Part shown: in pieces, positions 1 through 9,048 of the stretch
Layout of the letters: every line of letters starts with the position of its first letter
How positions within the stretch are numbered: the stretch's first letter is position 1
IMG/VR virus record: IMGVR_UViG_3300027861_000020
Origin: a virus
Reading direction: 5' to 3' (one strand)
Length of the DNA: 64,000 nucleotides
Made by a program: the position numbers and the translations under genes
Notes under the pieces: generated by a model
What the model saw: the letters and a program-made list of their open reading frames with translations, nothing else
Database searches by the model: none
What the model was told of the DNA's origin: nothing

Positions 1-2
1 CT

Positions 3-146
3 AATCCTTATAATGCTACAAGAGCCAATGAAAGAGTGATTGAAGCTCAAAGAGTTTATGATGAATGGAAAGAAGTTAAAGATTTTGCAGTTGATACTTT
101 TTTAGATATGATAGATAAAGAGGAAAAAAATGAAGAAACTACTTAA
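3..146 (+). CDS. hypothetical protein, C-terminal fragment (5' end outside window)
   Basis: open frame from window edge to TAA 144-146. Confidence 0.35.
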   Translation, partial: NPYNATRANERVIEAQRVYDEWKEVKDFAVDTFLDMIDKEEKNEETT

Positions 147-264
147 AATTTTGGCTATGATTTTATATATTCCAGTTATGGTCATATTAATTCCAATCGT
201 AATTTTGTATTTACTTATATCTGTACCTTTGGTATGGATATTAAATACTCTTGATAATTAAAAT
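130..264 (+). CDS. small hydrophobic membrane peptide (44 aa); paralog of 11357 and 14574 products
   Basis: ATG after GAGGAAAAAA; motif ILxIPVMVILIPI shared with two other ORFs. Confidence 0.4.
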
Positions 265-290
265 ATTTTTTAAAGAAAGGAAATGAAAAA

Positions 291-707
291 ATGATACCAT
301 TACCAATAGTTATTGTATTAAGCTTAGTATTGATAGTAATAGGAGCTATCCTTACATCAGAATTTTCAGAAAAAATTGGAAGTTTTTTGATGATACTAGG
401 ACTTTCAATAGGTCTATATATATTTTTTGATAAACCTATAGTAGAAAATTCTATAGAGGGGTATTACAACATAAATACCGTAACAAATAAAGAAGTAACG
501 ACTCAAATTTGCGTTGTAAATGATAAGATTATGAATATAACAGATATTTCTGGTAGCATATTTCCAGAAGGAACAATAGCTCAAAGAAATCAGAAATCTT
601 ATAAAGTAAAACGCATAATAGATTGGTGCAAAAATGATGAATATTCTTATGAATACGTTTTATCGTCTGATAAAAAATATAATGAAATTTTAAAAGAAAG
701 GAATTAA
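291..707 (+). CDS. membrane-anchored hypothetical protein, tandem family A copy 1
   Basis: 138 aa ORF, SD AAAGGAAATG, N-term TM helix; paralog of next two ORFs (GYYNINTVTN...KKYNEILKE). Confidence 0.7.
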   Translation: MIPLPIVIVLSLVLIVIGAILTSEFSEKIGSFLMILGLSIGLYIFFDKPIVENSIEGYYNINTVTNKEVTTQICVVNDKIMNITDISGSIFPEGTIAQRNQKSYKVKRIIDWCKNDEYSYEYVLSSDKKYNEILKERN

Positions 708-711
708 AAAA

Positions 712-1128
712 ATGATACCATTTATTTTCTTTATCCTATTGGGTATATTACTTATTATTGCTGGCGTTGCTATCATGTCAGAATTCTCTGTCAAGGTAGG
801 ATTAACTATGCTACTTATTGGGATAATGTCATTGGTTACGTTGATAATAGATAAGCCTCAAAAGATTTTGGAAGTAGAGGGTTATTACAATATAAATACT
901 GTAACAAATAATGGAGTAATTGCCCAAGTCTGTATTATCGATGATGGAAGTTTAAATATTACAAGTTTATTCGGCAAGATTTTTCCGGAAGGGACAATAA
1001 TGGAGAAAACCATAAAATCTTATAAAAATGGACCCATAGTAGATTGGTTACTATCGTCCGAAGATGGTTATGAATGTATCTTACCAACTGATAAAAAATA
1101 TAATGAAATTTTAAAAGAAAAGGATTAA
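712..1128 (+). CDS. membrane-anchored hypothetical protein, family A copy 2
   Basis: 138 aa, SD AAAGGAATTAAAAAATG, ~55% identical to 291-707. Confidence 0.7.
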   Translation: MIPFIFFILLGILLIIAGVAIMSEFSVKVGLTMLLIGIMSLVTLIIDKPQKILEVEGYYNINTVTNNGVIAQVCIIDDGSLNITSLFGKIFPEGTIMEKTIKSYKNGPIVDWLLSSEDGYECILPTDKKYNEILKEKD

Positions 1129-1132
1129 AAAA

Positions 1133-1570
1133 ATGGGAATTTTAACAATAATTGCAATAGCATCGATATTAGTTATGTTGGTTCTAGGATTAGCTTTAGC
1201 AATGAGTGATGATGCTTGCGGTATCGTCTGTTTTATATTGATAGGACTTGTTATGTGGGGCATGGTGAAAGGCTCTAAAACAGAATGGAAAAAGGAACCT
1301 TTTAAATATTATCCTATAAAAGTACAAAAGCTAGAAGATGGGGCAGAGAGGCAGATATGTTTCATAGATAACAAGATAGAGAATCTAACACAAACATTTA
1401 ATAAAGTTTTGCCATCAGATGCTATCGTTGTCAAGAATAAAAATATACCTACTGAGGTAGGGGCGTTCAAATGGGGAATTGGCGAGAAGTATTTTTATTC
1501 TTATATTTTGCCAGAATCAAAAAATTATCAAAATGCTAAAGAGAATTTAGAGACACTAAATGTGGAGTAA
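1133..1570 (+). CDS. membrane-anchored hypothetical protein, family A copy 3 (divergent)
   Basis: 145 aa, SD AAAAGGATTAAAAAAATG, same architecture. Confidence 0.65.
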   Translation: MGILTIIAIASILVMLVLGLALAMSDDACGIVCFILIGLVMWGMVKGSKTEWKKEPFKYYPIKVQKLEDGAERQICFIDNKIENLTQTFNKVLPSDAIVVKNKNIPTEVGAFKWGIGEKYFYSYILPESKNYQNAKENLETLNVE

Positions 1571-1572
1571 TT

Positions 1573-1956
1573 ATGAATCTAGAAAATTTTAGAAAAGATG
1601 TTGATGAATTTAAAACATTATTTTTTACATCTGTTAATATCCTTAGGGCAAAGTATTATCCAGATTCATATGAGTGTACTTCTTATGAATTAGATTTAGA
1701 TTATTACAATCAAACTTATAAAAATATAATAGATGTTAATTTTTCTATCCACGAAGATGATGGAGGGAATTTATGGGTGTCTTTTCCTGATACGATTATC
1801 ACAGAAGAAGGATTAAATAAATATATAGAAGATAGAGATAATGAAATCCTTGAGGCAAAAAAGAAAAAAGAATTAAAAGAACAAGAAAGTGTTCTTTTCA
1901 AGCTTAGGGAAAGACTCAAAAAAGAAGAAAAAATCTATATTAAAATGAAGGGATAG
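1573..1956 (+). CDS. hypothetical protein
   Basis: 127 aa ORF, start 3 nt after previous stop, SD GTGGAG. Confidence 0.65.
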   Translation: MNLENFRKDVDEFKTLFFTSVNILRAKYYPDSYECTSYELDLDYYNQTYKNIIDVNFSIHEDDGGNLWVSFPDTIITEEGLNKYIEDRDNEILEAKKKKELKEQESVLFKLRERLKKEEKIYIKMKG

Positions 1957-1959
1957 TAA

Positions 1960-2547
1960 ATGGCTAAGAAATACGGAAAATTCACTTATATAGATATAGA
2001 AGATGATTTTACAGTTCTTTGGGGAAGAGAGGAATGCGGATGGGGAGAATTTACTTTCTTCCCCAAAGAAGGTGAGATACATTGCGATAATGAATGTATG
2101 TCTAAAGAATTTCTAAAAGAGACACTCTGCGAATTAGTAGATAGGTCAGAATTTAGATGGGACGAGAAAAAAGAGTTTAAAGATAAAGATGAATCGCTTA
2201 GTCATGTTGTTAAGGTCGTAAAAACTTATGAGTTTTATGATATTCCTCGTCTTTTTATAGGCAGAGATATAATGGGGAATTATTATATGGTTCTGAGTAT
2301 AGAAGAGACTAAAGATGAACTAACTTGGTTATATTCTAAATTAGATCTTTGGGTTTTATTTAAACTAGAAGGGAGCGTTATAGAGAAACCTACTCTTGAA
2401 CTTTATACATTCTTTAAGGAAAATGAAAATAGTTTTATCGTCAGGCAAAATCAAGAAGATGAAATTTCTATTAAAAGGATAACAGACATACCGGATAAAT
2501 GGTTGCCTGAAAAGGGAGTATTCTTGAAAAATAATAAAGAGGAATAA
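1960..2547 (+). CDS. hypothetical protein
   Basis: 195 aa ORF, SD GGGATAG, ends in TAA fused to TTTTCCAGCA cassette. Confidence 0.65.
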   Translation: MAKKYGKFTYIDIEDDFTVLWGREECGWGEFTFFPKEGEIHCDNECMSKEFLKETLCELVDRSEFRWDEKKEFKDKDESLSHVVKVVKTYEFYDIPRLFIGRDIMGNYYMVLSIEETKDELTWLYSKLDLWVLFKLEGSVIEKPTLELYTFFKENENSFIVRQNQEDEISIKRITDIPDKWLPEKGVFLKNNKEE

Positions 2548-2583
2548 TTTTCCAGCAAAATAATTTTTAATTTTAGGATAGTT
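2548..2583 (+). promoter_or_regulatory. short-form TTTTCCAGCA cassette (motif, A/T-rich TATAAT-like box, SD) upstream of 2584
   Basis: TTTTCCAGCAAAATAATTTTTAATTTTAGGATAG; motif fused to TAA of upstream gene. Confidence 0.55.
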
Positions 2584-2982
2584 ATGGATGATAAATATAT
2601 AACATTAGATGATGATATAATAAGTCAACTTAGTGCTTTTCCTAATTTAGTTGAAGATGGAGAAGTATCTAAAAAAGTATTAGATAGTATAGAGTACATA
2701 TTAGATGCTAATTATTTTATCAAAGATAAATCTCCTATAAATACCTTTAAAGGGCTGTTTGTAAAAAAAACATGTCATTATGCAGGAGTTGGGTTTAGGA
2801 CAGAAATAGGTTTAATATATCAAGATTATTATTCATCAGACGGTGAGACTCATTATGTTGATTATATTATAGTAGATGAAGAAACTAATCAATATATTGG
2901 TAATGCTGACAATTATGGCTTAAATCCGTATGGTCAATGGACTCTTTCCGCTGACATAGGGAATTTAGGATATTTAGGATAA
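2584..2982 (+). CDS. hypothetical protein
   Basis: 132 aa ORF, short-form cassette at 2548 then SD TAGGATAG. Confidence 0.65.
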   Translation: MDDKYITLDDDIISQLSAFPNLVEDGEVSKKVLDSIEYILDANYFIKDKSPINTFKGLFVKKTCHYAGVGFRTEIGLIYQDYYSSDGETHYVDYIIVDEETNQYIGNADNYGLNPYGQWTLSADIGNLGYLG

Positions 2983-2984
2983 TT

Positions 2985-3254
2985 ATGAATAAAAAACAAA
3001 ATAAAGAGAAATGGATTTGGCAACAGGAAAACTTAGCATTGCAAGTTGAATTGCATATTGACAAATTAATGTTACAAAGATTAGTGACTCCGACAGATCT
3101 ATCTATTAGATTAGGGAAAAAAAGAAATTATATTAGTAAATTAGATTATGGTAAATTAACCCTAAGACAAATATCTGATATATTTACTGCCTTAGATTCT
3201 ACCTTAACTGTTGATACTATTGATGGAACAGTTTTCCATACAAATATAAAATAA
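2985..3254 (+). CDS. hypothetical protein
   Basis: 89 aa ORF 3 nt after previous stop. Confidence 0.6.
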   Translation: MNKKQNKEKWIWQQENLALQVELHIDKLMLQRLVTPTDLSIRLGKKRNYISKLDYGKLTLRQISDIFTALDSTLTVDTIDGTVFHTNIK

Positions 3255-3274
3255 TTTTAATAAAGGAAATAATT

Positions 3275-3394
3275 ATGTACGAAGGTTTGCTAGATGGGAT
3301 AGGGGCGTTAATCAAATTTATGTTTATACTTCTTTTGGTAACAGTACCTCTTGGAATATGGAAGCTTGTTGATATCATTAGATGGATTTTTTAA
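3275..3394 (+). CDS. small membrane peptide (39 aa)
   Basis: SD AAAGGAAATAATTATG; one TM helix. Confidence 0.35.
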   Translation: MYEGLLDGIGALIKFMFILLLVTVPLGIWKLVDIIRWIF

Positions 3395-3639
3395 GAAAAG
3401 AAATAATTATGGAACAAAAAGAAACTATAAAAGTTTTAAAAAAAGCTTTAAACAATATCAGATTGGTAGCAAAAGTAAGTTCGACAGATAATCTTTTTCT
3501 AGATGGAACGATAGAAGACTTAAGAAAGAGTAGAATTGCTTTGTTTCATAATATGGAAGATATTGAAAAGTATTCTAAAGAAATTCTTGATGAATTAGAG
3601 GGTTGTAATTGTAATAATTGTACTTGCGGAAAGGATTAA
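3382..3639 (+). CDS. hypothetical protein
   Basis: 85 aa ORF, C-terminal Cys cluster CNCNNCTC. Confidence 0.55.
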   Translation: MDFLRKEIIMEQKETIKVLKKALNNIRLVAKVSSTDNLFLDGTIEDLRKSRIALFHNMEDIEKYSKEILDELEGCNCNNCTCGKD

Positions 3640-3828
3640 AATGGTATCTTTTATAGTGGCAATGGGTGTGATGATTTTTTGGGCTCTTGCAGTATGTTGT
3701 ATGTTAAAATATCTTAATGAATAAAATTAAAGCCTTATTGATAACAAGTAATAGGGTTTTTTTATTTTCCAGCAAAATAACATTATTTAACAGTATAAAT
3801 GTTAATAAATTAAATTAGAAAGATAATT

Positions 3829-4032
3829 ATGAATTCATTGAAAATAGATATTAAAGAAGGAACTAAAGTAGTTATGGAGGGGCCAGGACCTGAATCGGAA
3901 AGAGTTGTTACAGTTGTCGGAGGATTCGGTTCCTATGCAGATACAATGGGAACTGCTTTGTTTGTTAATTACAAAGGTGATGCTATCAGATTTGATTCTA
4001 TGGAGATAGAGAAACTTCATGAAGATAAATAA
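3829..4032 (+). CDS. hypothetical protein
   Basis: 67 aa ORF, cassette at 3767, SD AAAGATAATTATG. Confidence 0.55.
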   Translation: MNSLKIDIKEGTKVVMEGPGPESERVVTVVGGFGSYADTMGTALFVNYKGDAIRFDSMEIEKLHEDK

Positions 4033-4043
4033 CAGGAGTAATT

Positions 4044-4241
4044 ATGCCAAAAAAACATAAAAAATATAAAAAATGCAGAGAATGTAGATACCACTCTATT
4101 TTTTGTTATTGTAATCATGGTTATCTTTGTAAAGCTACAGAAACAACTCTCGATAGAATGAGGCTTTGCGAAGATTTAAATAAAAATGGTGATTGCGAAT
4201 TATATAAAACTGCATGGCTCCATAAAATTTTTAATTGGTAA
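4044..4241 (+). CDS. Cys/His-rich small protein
   Basis: 65 aa ORF, SD ACAGGAG; CRECRYHSIFCYCNHGYLC. Confidence 0.5.
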   Translation: MPKKHKKYKKCRECRYHSIFCYCNHGYLCKATETTLDRMRLCEDLNKNGDCELYKTAWLHKIFNW

Positions 4242-4316
4242 GGAATATGCAAAGATATCTTATTCAATGCAAAAATGATAGTATTGCCTATTTAGACGAA
4301 AGGAAGGGCAAATAAT

Positions 4317-4664
4317 ATGAATGGTACGGAAATATTATTGATAATCTTTTTAATATATATAGTTTCTATTATAGTAAATTATAAAATAACTATGGCTTGC
4401 CTTATGAATACGGATAATGAGACAGGCATAGAAGACAGTAAGGCGTATAGATCTTCCTTTTTTGCATTTTCAGCTATACCTGTATTTGGGTCTTTGATGA
4501 CTTGCGTTATATTAATTGTTACACTAAGAGATAAATGGGAATTATCAAAGAAAATAAAATCATTTAGTAATCTACTTCTTTTTATCCCTAAAAAGATACT
4601 TGAATTCGTTTTGTTTATAATCGAAATAATACCGCCTAACACAAGAATAAAAGAAAGGAAATAA
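4317..4664 (+). CDS. membrane protein, tandem family B copy 1
   Basis: 115 aa, SD AAGGAAGGG; 2 TM + conserved tail F.PKKI..F....I..IPPN. Confidence 0.6.
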   Translation: MNGTEILLIIFLIYIVSIIVNYKITMACLMNTDNETGIEDSKAYRSSFFAFSAIPVFGSLMTCVILIVTLRDKWELSKKIKSFSNLLLFIPKKILEFVLFIIEIIPPNTRIKERK

Positions 4665-4666
4665 AT

Positions 4667-4978
4667 ATGCTATTTTGGATAATCCTGTTGAGCTATATTT
4701 TATCTACTCTTATAATCTATAAATTAATGTCGATTCTTATGAAAGATGAAGTATATAGTAATTCTGATAAATATCTTATATTAGGGTTCGCGTCTTTGCC
4801 TATTGTTTCCTTATTACTTTTAATAGTTTTCGCAATAATGGCTATAAAAGATAAATGTAATTTAGTTTTTAAAAAAATAGGAAGTTTTACTATTTTTCTG
4901 CCTAAAAAAATAATATCATTTATTATGCATCTAATTGATGTTATACCTCCCAATACTAAATATAAAGAAAAGGAGTAA
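4667..4978 (+). CDS. membrane protein, family B copy 2
   Basis: 103 aa, SD AAAGGAAATAAATATG, paralog of 4317. Confidence 0.6.
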   Translation: MLFWIILLSYILSTLIIYKLMSILMKDEVYSNSDKYLILGFASLPIVSLLLLIVFAIMAIKDKCNLVFKKIGSFTIFLPKKIISFIMHLIDVIPPNTKYKEKE

Positions 4979-4980
4979 TT

Positions 4981-5310
4981 ATGCTATTTTGGATTTCAAT
5001 GTATATTTTACATGTTTTAATTAGTTATAAGTTATTTTGTATATCTTGGGCTTTAAGTTTTGACATAAAAGATAAAGATAGAATCTTTTTCCTAATTATT
5101 TCACTTATGCCTGTTATCGGAATTTCAGTTGGTCTTATTTTTCTAATTTTTGGTCTACTCGAAAATGATGAAACTAGAGGTAAAATAGGGAAATCCTTTA
5201 AGAAGCTTTTTTATTTTCCAGCAAAAATGATTAAATTTCTTTGGTCTATTGTAAGAGAGTTCTTAAAAGTAATTGAAAATATACCACCAAACCCAAATAA
5301 CGATATTTAA
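4981..5310 (+). CDS. membrane protein, family B copy 3
   Basis: 109 aa, SD AAAGGAGTAATTATG, paralog of 4317. Confidence 0.6.
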   Translation: MLFWISMYILHVLISYKLFCISWALSFDIKDKDRIFFLIISLMPVIGISVGLIFLIFGLLENDETRGKIGKSFKKLFYFPAKMIKFLWSIVREFLKVIENIPPNPNNDI

Positions 5311-5324
5311 AAGAAAGAAAAATT

Positions 5325-5762
5325 ATGTGCACATTAATAGATAATCTCAAATTGAGAAAACCCAAAACTAAAAAATTTATCGCATATAAAGTTTTTGATG
5401 GATGGGGCAATGAACCATATAGCTTTTGTGGGGATGTTAAGTTCGAATTCGGAACAACTGTATGGGATGAGGAAATAGCAAAACGAGATATTAATGATCA
5501 ATCTGGTTTCCAAATGTTTGCGTATAAAAAAGACGCAATGAAATACGCCGCATGTAGAGATTATGTATGTAAAGTAGAAGTTTTGACTAAAGATATTGCT
5601 AAAGTAGGATATGCTGGAATCTTCATGGGAAGTGCTGAAATCTTCATACGCATAAACGGTGAATTTAAATACGCTAAAGCATATGAAGTAAAAAAGTTTA
5701 AACTATTTAAAAAGAATTGGAACAAAAAAATAACAAAAATACAATTTTCGCGGAAAAAATAA
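5325..5762 (+). CDS. MC-family protein (N-terminal Met-Cys), paralog 1 of 5
   Basis: 145 aa, SD AAAGAAAGAAAAATTATG; motifs MCTL, AYKVF, GFQMF shared with 7768, 9535, 10975, 11936. Confidence 0.7.
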   Translation: MCTLIDNLKLRKPKTKKFIAYKVFDGWGNEPYSFCGDVKFEFGTTVWDEEIAKRDINDQSGFQMFAYKKDAMKYAACRDYVCKVEVLTKDIAKVGYAGIFMGSAEIFIRINGEFKYAKAYEVKKFKLFKKNWNKKITKIQFSRKK

Positions 5763-5763
5763 T

Positions 5764-5943
5764 ATGGATACAGAAAAAGAAATTATAAGATGTGTTGATA
5801 GCATAATAGAATCAAAAGATAATATTATTAAACAGTTAGAAGCTAAAATTTATCTACTAGAAGTAGAATTAATTCGTAAAGATGAAAAAATTGATCTTAC
5901 AAAATTAGCTTTAATTGATGCCTTGAAAGAGAGTAAAAAATGA
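5764..5943 (+). CDS. small coiled-coil protein (59 aa)
   Basis: ATG 2 nt after previous stop; ATGA overlap with next gene. Confidence 0.45.
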   Translation: MDTEKEIIRCVDSIIESKDNIIKQLEAKIYLLEVELIRKDEKIDLTKLALIDALKESKK

Positions 5944-6230
5944 TTAAAAGATTTAGAAAATATAGACCGTATGCATTATTCGATATAGATGATAAACTAT
6001 ATGTATTACTGCAAATAGGTATAGGATCTTGGGTTCTCGTAAATATTGATAAAAGATTGCTCAATAATGGAATGAATACGACTACTATTAATTATATAAA
6101 ATATAAAGATCTTATAAAATTAACAGAAACTGACAATTTTAAGTTTTTGGGTTATCTTGAATATTCCGTACCTGTAAACGAAATCCAGCAATATATATTT
6201 AAAATGCTTATTGAAAAGAGTAAAAAATGA
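5940..6230 (+). CDS. hypothetical protein
   Basis: 96 aa ORF, ATGA-coupled. Confidence 0.6.
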   Translation: MIKRFRKYRPYALFDIDDKLYVLLQIGIGSWVLVNIDKRLLNNGMNTTTINYIKYKDLIKLTETDNFKFLGYLEYSVPVNEIQQYIFKMLIEKSKK

Positions 6231-6622
6231 AAGATATAAATATAACAATTTCAGGACAAGTAGGAGCAGGAAAAACTCTTATTTGTCAAGTAATAGAAAA
6301 AGCATTAAAAAAACATAAGTTTAGTAATGTATCTATAAAAGGAGAAGAAGAAAACAACCTTGTAGAGGTAGAAAGACATTTTAAAGATAAAGTTAAAGAA
6401 AATAAAGATAAGATTAATGTCTCTATGACAACTCAAAATACAATAAAAGAAGTTGTTAAGAAATCTTGCCTTTATCATGAATCTTTTGTAGAATATCCAT
6501 TCCAAAAGAAAAGACCCGAACAAAGAGTAGAAGATTTTGTAGATGATATAGGGATAGATAATGTTATATCTATTTCAGAAATAGAACATAGAATTACAGT
6601 TTGGTATAGGAGGATGATATGA
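6227..6622 (+). CDS. small P-loop NTPase-like protein
   Basis: 131 aa; Walker A GQVGAGKT near N-terminus. Confidence 0.6.
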   Translation: MKDINITISGQVGAGKTLICQVIEKALKKHKFSNVSIKGEEENNLVEVERHFKDKVKENKDKINVSMTTQNTIKEVVKKSCLYHESFVEYPFQKKRPEQRVEDFVDDIGIDNVISISEIEHRITVWYRRMI

Positions 6623-6786
6623 TTTGGATAATGTTAATCGTAATTTACATACTGTCAGTTTCAATTTGTTCTCTTAATACTGATATGCTATTTGAAGGGA
6701 ATAAAATCTTAAAAGCCATAAGTTATGTTCCTGTCTTAAATACTATCTATGCTCTACTATTATCTTTACTAATCTATGCATGTTAA
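6619..6786 (+). CDS. small membrane protein (55 aa)
   Basis: ATGA-coupled to previous; 2 TM. Confidence 0.4.
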   Translation: MIWIMLIVIYILSVSICSLNTDMLFEGNKILKAISYVPVLNTIYALLLSLLIYAC

Positions 6787-6822
6787 TTTTCCAGCAATAT
6801 AATTTTAAATAATAGGTGAAAT
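6787..6822 (+). promoter_or_regulatory. short-form cassette (CCAGCA immediately followed by ATATAAT)
   Basis: TTTTCCAGCAATATAATTTTAAATAATAGGTGAAAT. Confidence 0.55.
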
Positions 6823-7044
6823 ATGAAAGCAAGAATAATAAAAAGAACATTCGTAGATGGCAGAGTAATATATGTCATTCAACAAAAACATTCTTTATTT
6901 AGATGGTGGTGGGTGGATGCTTGGATAAATAGTTGGGACGGAGCATATTGCGAAGATTCATTCTCAACTCTAGAAGAGGCTGAAAAGAACCTATGCTACT
7001 TCGATGGAACAAAATGTAAAGAAGAAGTTATTAAAAATTATTAA
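6823..7044 (+). CDS. hypothetical protein
   Basis: 73 aa; cassette at 6787, SD AGGTGAAATATG. Confidence 0.6.
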   Translation: MKARIIKRTFVDGRVIYVIQQKHSLFRWWWVDAWINSWDGAYCEDSFSTLEEAEKNLCYFDGTKCKEEVIKNY

Positions 7045-7062
7045 TTTTATCGAAAGAATAAA

Positions 7063-7380
7063 ATGACTCCAGATGAAGCAAAAAAAATAGCAAAAAAAAA
7101 CCTGTCTATTAATATCAGTAGAATAATTGATGAACTTATTATAAAAATAGATGAAATATTAGTAAGAGAAATAGATGGACTTCTTGAAGGAGGTTTTCAG
7201 AGCTTTAAAATGGACGATTTCTCCAAATATCATCTTACAAATAATGATTTAAATATGTATAGGAACAACAGAATGAGAGTAATAGAAGGAATTATAAGGA
7301 TTTATAATAACCAAGGATGGAAAGCTAGAAAATTAACAGATGTATGGACTATCGCTATAACAATAAGAAAGGCTGAATAA
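7063..7380 (+). CDS. hypothetical protein
   Basis: 105 aa ORF, SD GAAAGAATAAAATG. Confidence 0.6.
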   Translation: MTPDEAKKIAKKNLSINISRIIDELIIKIDEILVREIDGLLEGGFQSFKMDDFSKYHLTNNDLNMYRNNRMRVIEGIIRIYNNQGWKARKLTDVWTIAITIRKAE

Positions 7381-7766
7381 TGAGTAAATCTAAAGAAATG
7401 ATGGATTTAATAAAAGAGATTTCAAAAGAATATCTTGATGATATGAGACGGGCAGCAGATGGAAAAGAAAAAACTTTTGATGAATTGATAGATGAAATAA
7501 TTAAAATTGATACAGCAAAACTTAAACTGGATTTTATCTTTATGAATTCTATGGATGATTACCTATGTCTTACCTCTATGGCTTATTATCATAATATTAG
7601 AGGGGTATTAAATGATACCGGAAAAAATCTAACGGACTCGATACCTCTATTTCAAGAAACAGAAGGTTTCGATGCGATAAAAGGTCTTGAATCGGCTATG
7701 AGAATAATCGACAACACCAGATTAACTATGGAAAATCTATTAGAATCAGATAACAGAAAGGTTTAA
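7380..7766 (+). CDS. hypothetical protein
   Basis: 128 aa, TAATG overlap coupling. Confidence 0.6.
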   Translation: MSKSKEMMDLIKEISKEYLDDMRRAADGKEKTFDELIDEIIKIDTAKLKLDFIFMNSMDDYLCLTSMAYYHNIRGVLNDTGKNLTDSIPLFQETEGFDAIKGLESAMRIIDNTRLTMENLLESDNRKV

Positions 7767-7767
7767 A

Positions 7768-8265
7768 ATGTGTATAGAAAAACTAAACACCCCAAAAAAA
7801 CATCAAGAATTAGTAGGAAAATTGACTTTCCCTGTCACTATGTATAAAGTAGTATCTCTTAGGAATAATCATGTAGGACCGGCATACGGAAGAATAGGAG
7901 AGACGGAACTTAGTGAGCAAAAAAAGTTTAATATGTGTATCGGTAAAAATCATGCTATAGAAAATACGATTTATGTTGGGAGAAAGAAATCATATACCTC
8001 TGGATTTCATATTTTTAAGAGAAAAATAGATGCAGAAAGATTACTTGAACTTTTTAATAAAATTGAGAATAGTGGAAAACAGTCAGTTATGCCTGTAATA
8101 GTGGAAAAACCAGAACATTTGACTTGTTCGGGAATGGAAACTCCTAGGGTTTCTGTGTATTTTAGAGAAGCTACAGGAGATACCAAAAAAACAGTTTATG
8201 TAGCATCGGAAATTGAAATTGATAAAGAAGACTATAAAAAGGCTTTGAATAATGAAAACTCTTGA
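7768..8265 (+). CDS. MC-family protein, paralog 2 (divergent, 165 aa)
   Basis: starts MCIEK; YKVV and SGFHIF motifs as in other MC ORFs. Confidence 0.65.
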   Translation: MCIEKLNTPKKHQELVGKLTFPVTMYKVVSLRNNHVGPAYGRIGETELSEQKKFNMCIGKNHAIENTIYVGRKKSYTSGFHIFKRKIDAERLLELFNKIENSGKQSVMPVIVEKPEHLTCSGMETPRVSVYFREATGDTKKTVYVASEIEIDKEDYKKALNNENS

Positions 8266-8539
8266 TAATGAAAATGTAGAAATAGGAATGGATATTTTTA
8301 GTATCTATACCCCTTTTAAGGCTCTTAAAGTAGAGGGGATTAAAGATTCCTTAAAATACGTCACCGTAGGAGGATTAAAAACAAGCTTAACAGTAGATCT
8401 ACCTCCTGAAATATTCTGCAAATGTCAAAAAAATGCTATTAAAAATTCTCCGAATCTATTTAAGAAAAATATAGATGAAATAAAAAAACAATTGGAAGAA
8501 ATAGATAATAAAATGAAAATAATATTGGAACTTATCTAA
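8252..8539 (+). CDS. hypothetical protein
   Basis: 95 aa ORF overlapping previous by 14 nt. Confidence 0.55.
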   Translation: MKTLDNENVEIGMDIFSIYTPFKALKVEGIKDSLKYVTVGGLKTSLTVDLPPEIFCKCQKNAIKNSPNLFKKNIDEIKKQLEEIDNKMKIILELI

Positions 8540-8542
8540 GTT

Positions 8543-8582
8543 AAATAGATATCTAACATTTTAAAAAGTTAGATATCTATTT
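8543..8582. repeat. perfect 15-bp inverted repeat (hairpin / operator-like)
   Basis: AAATAGATATCTAAC-attttaaaaa-GTTAGATATCTATTT. Confidence 0.8.
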
Positions 8583-8733
8583 GATAAGATATTTCTGAAA
8601 AAACCTTATAAAGAAAGGTTATGAGTTTCTAATATTCTAAAAAATTTCAATAAATATTGGGTTCTAAAGGAAATAAACGGGATTTTAGGTTATAATCCTC
8701 ATTTTAATAAATATAAGGATTATAAGGCTGATT

Positions 8734-8979
8734 ATGATTAAATATGATAAATTTAAATACGAAGCTCTCGACTCTAAAGGGAATACAATAGAAGGAACAA
8801 TAGAAGCCCCTAACCAAAAAGATGCCATTTGTCAGATAAGAAATAAGGGACTATTCCCTACTAAAGTAAAAGGCATTTTGACCGTTTGTAGTAACCTTAA
8901 AATAGATAAACTTAAAAAACCTCTTATAAACTATATAGCTGATATATTCTTTGCTATAGGAAATTCAATTAAAAAGTAA
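8734..8979 (+). CDS. GspF/PilC N-terminal-domain-like fragment protein
   Basis: 81 aa; residues 7-45 FKYEALDSKGNTIEGTIEAPNQKDAICQIRNKGLFPTKV match the conserved N-terminus of T2SS GspF / T4P PilC (F.Y.A.D..G....G.IEA....A...LR..GL.P); no cassette upstream. Confidence 0.6.
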   Translation: MIKYDKFKYEALDSKGNTIEGTIEAPNQKDAICQIRNKGLFPTKVKGILTVCSNLKIDKLKKPLINYIADIFFAIGNSIKK

Positions 8980-9048
8980 TTTTCCAGCATTATATCATTA
9001 TTTTATGTGATAATTGTTAATAATAATGATTAGAAAGGGAATAACAAA

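Noticed and set aside
5211-5230. TTTTCCAGCAAAAATG inside gene 4981-5310 as an internal promoter
   Set aside because: It encodes the family-B motif FYFPAKMI, and paralogs have different nucleotides at the same place. It is most likely a coincidental match, though an internal start cannot be excluded.
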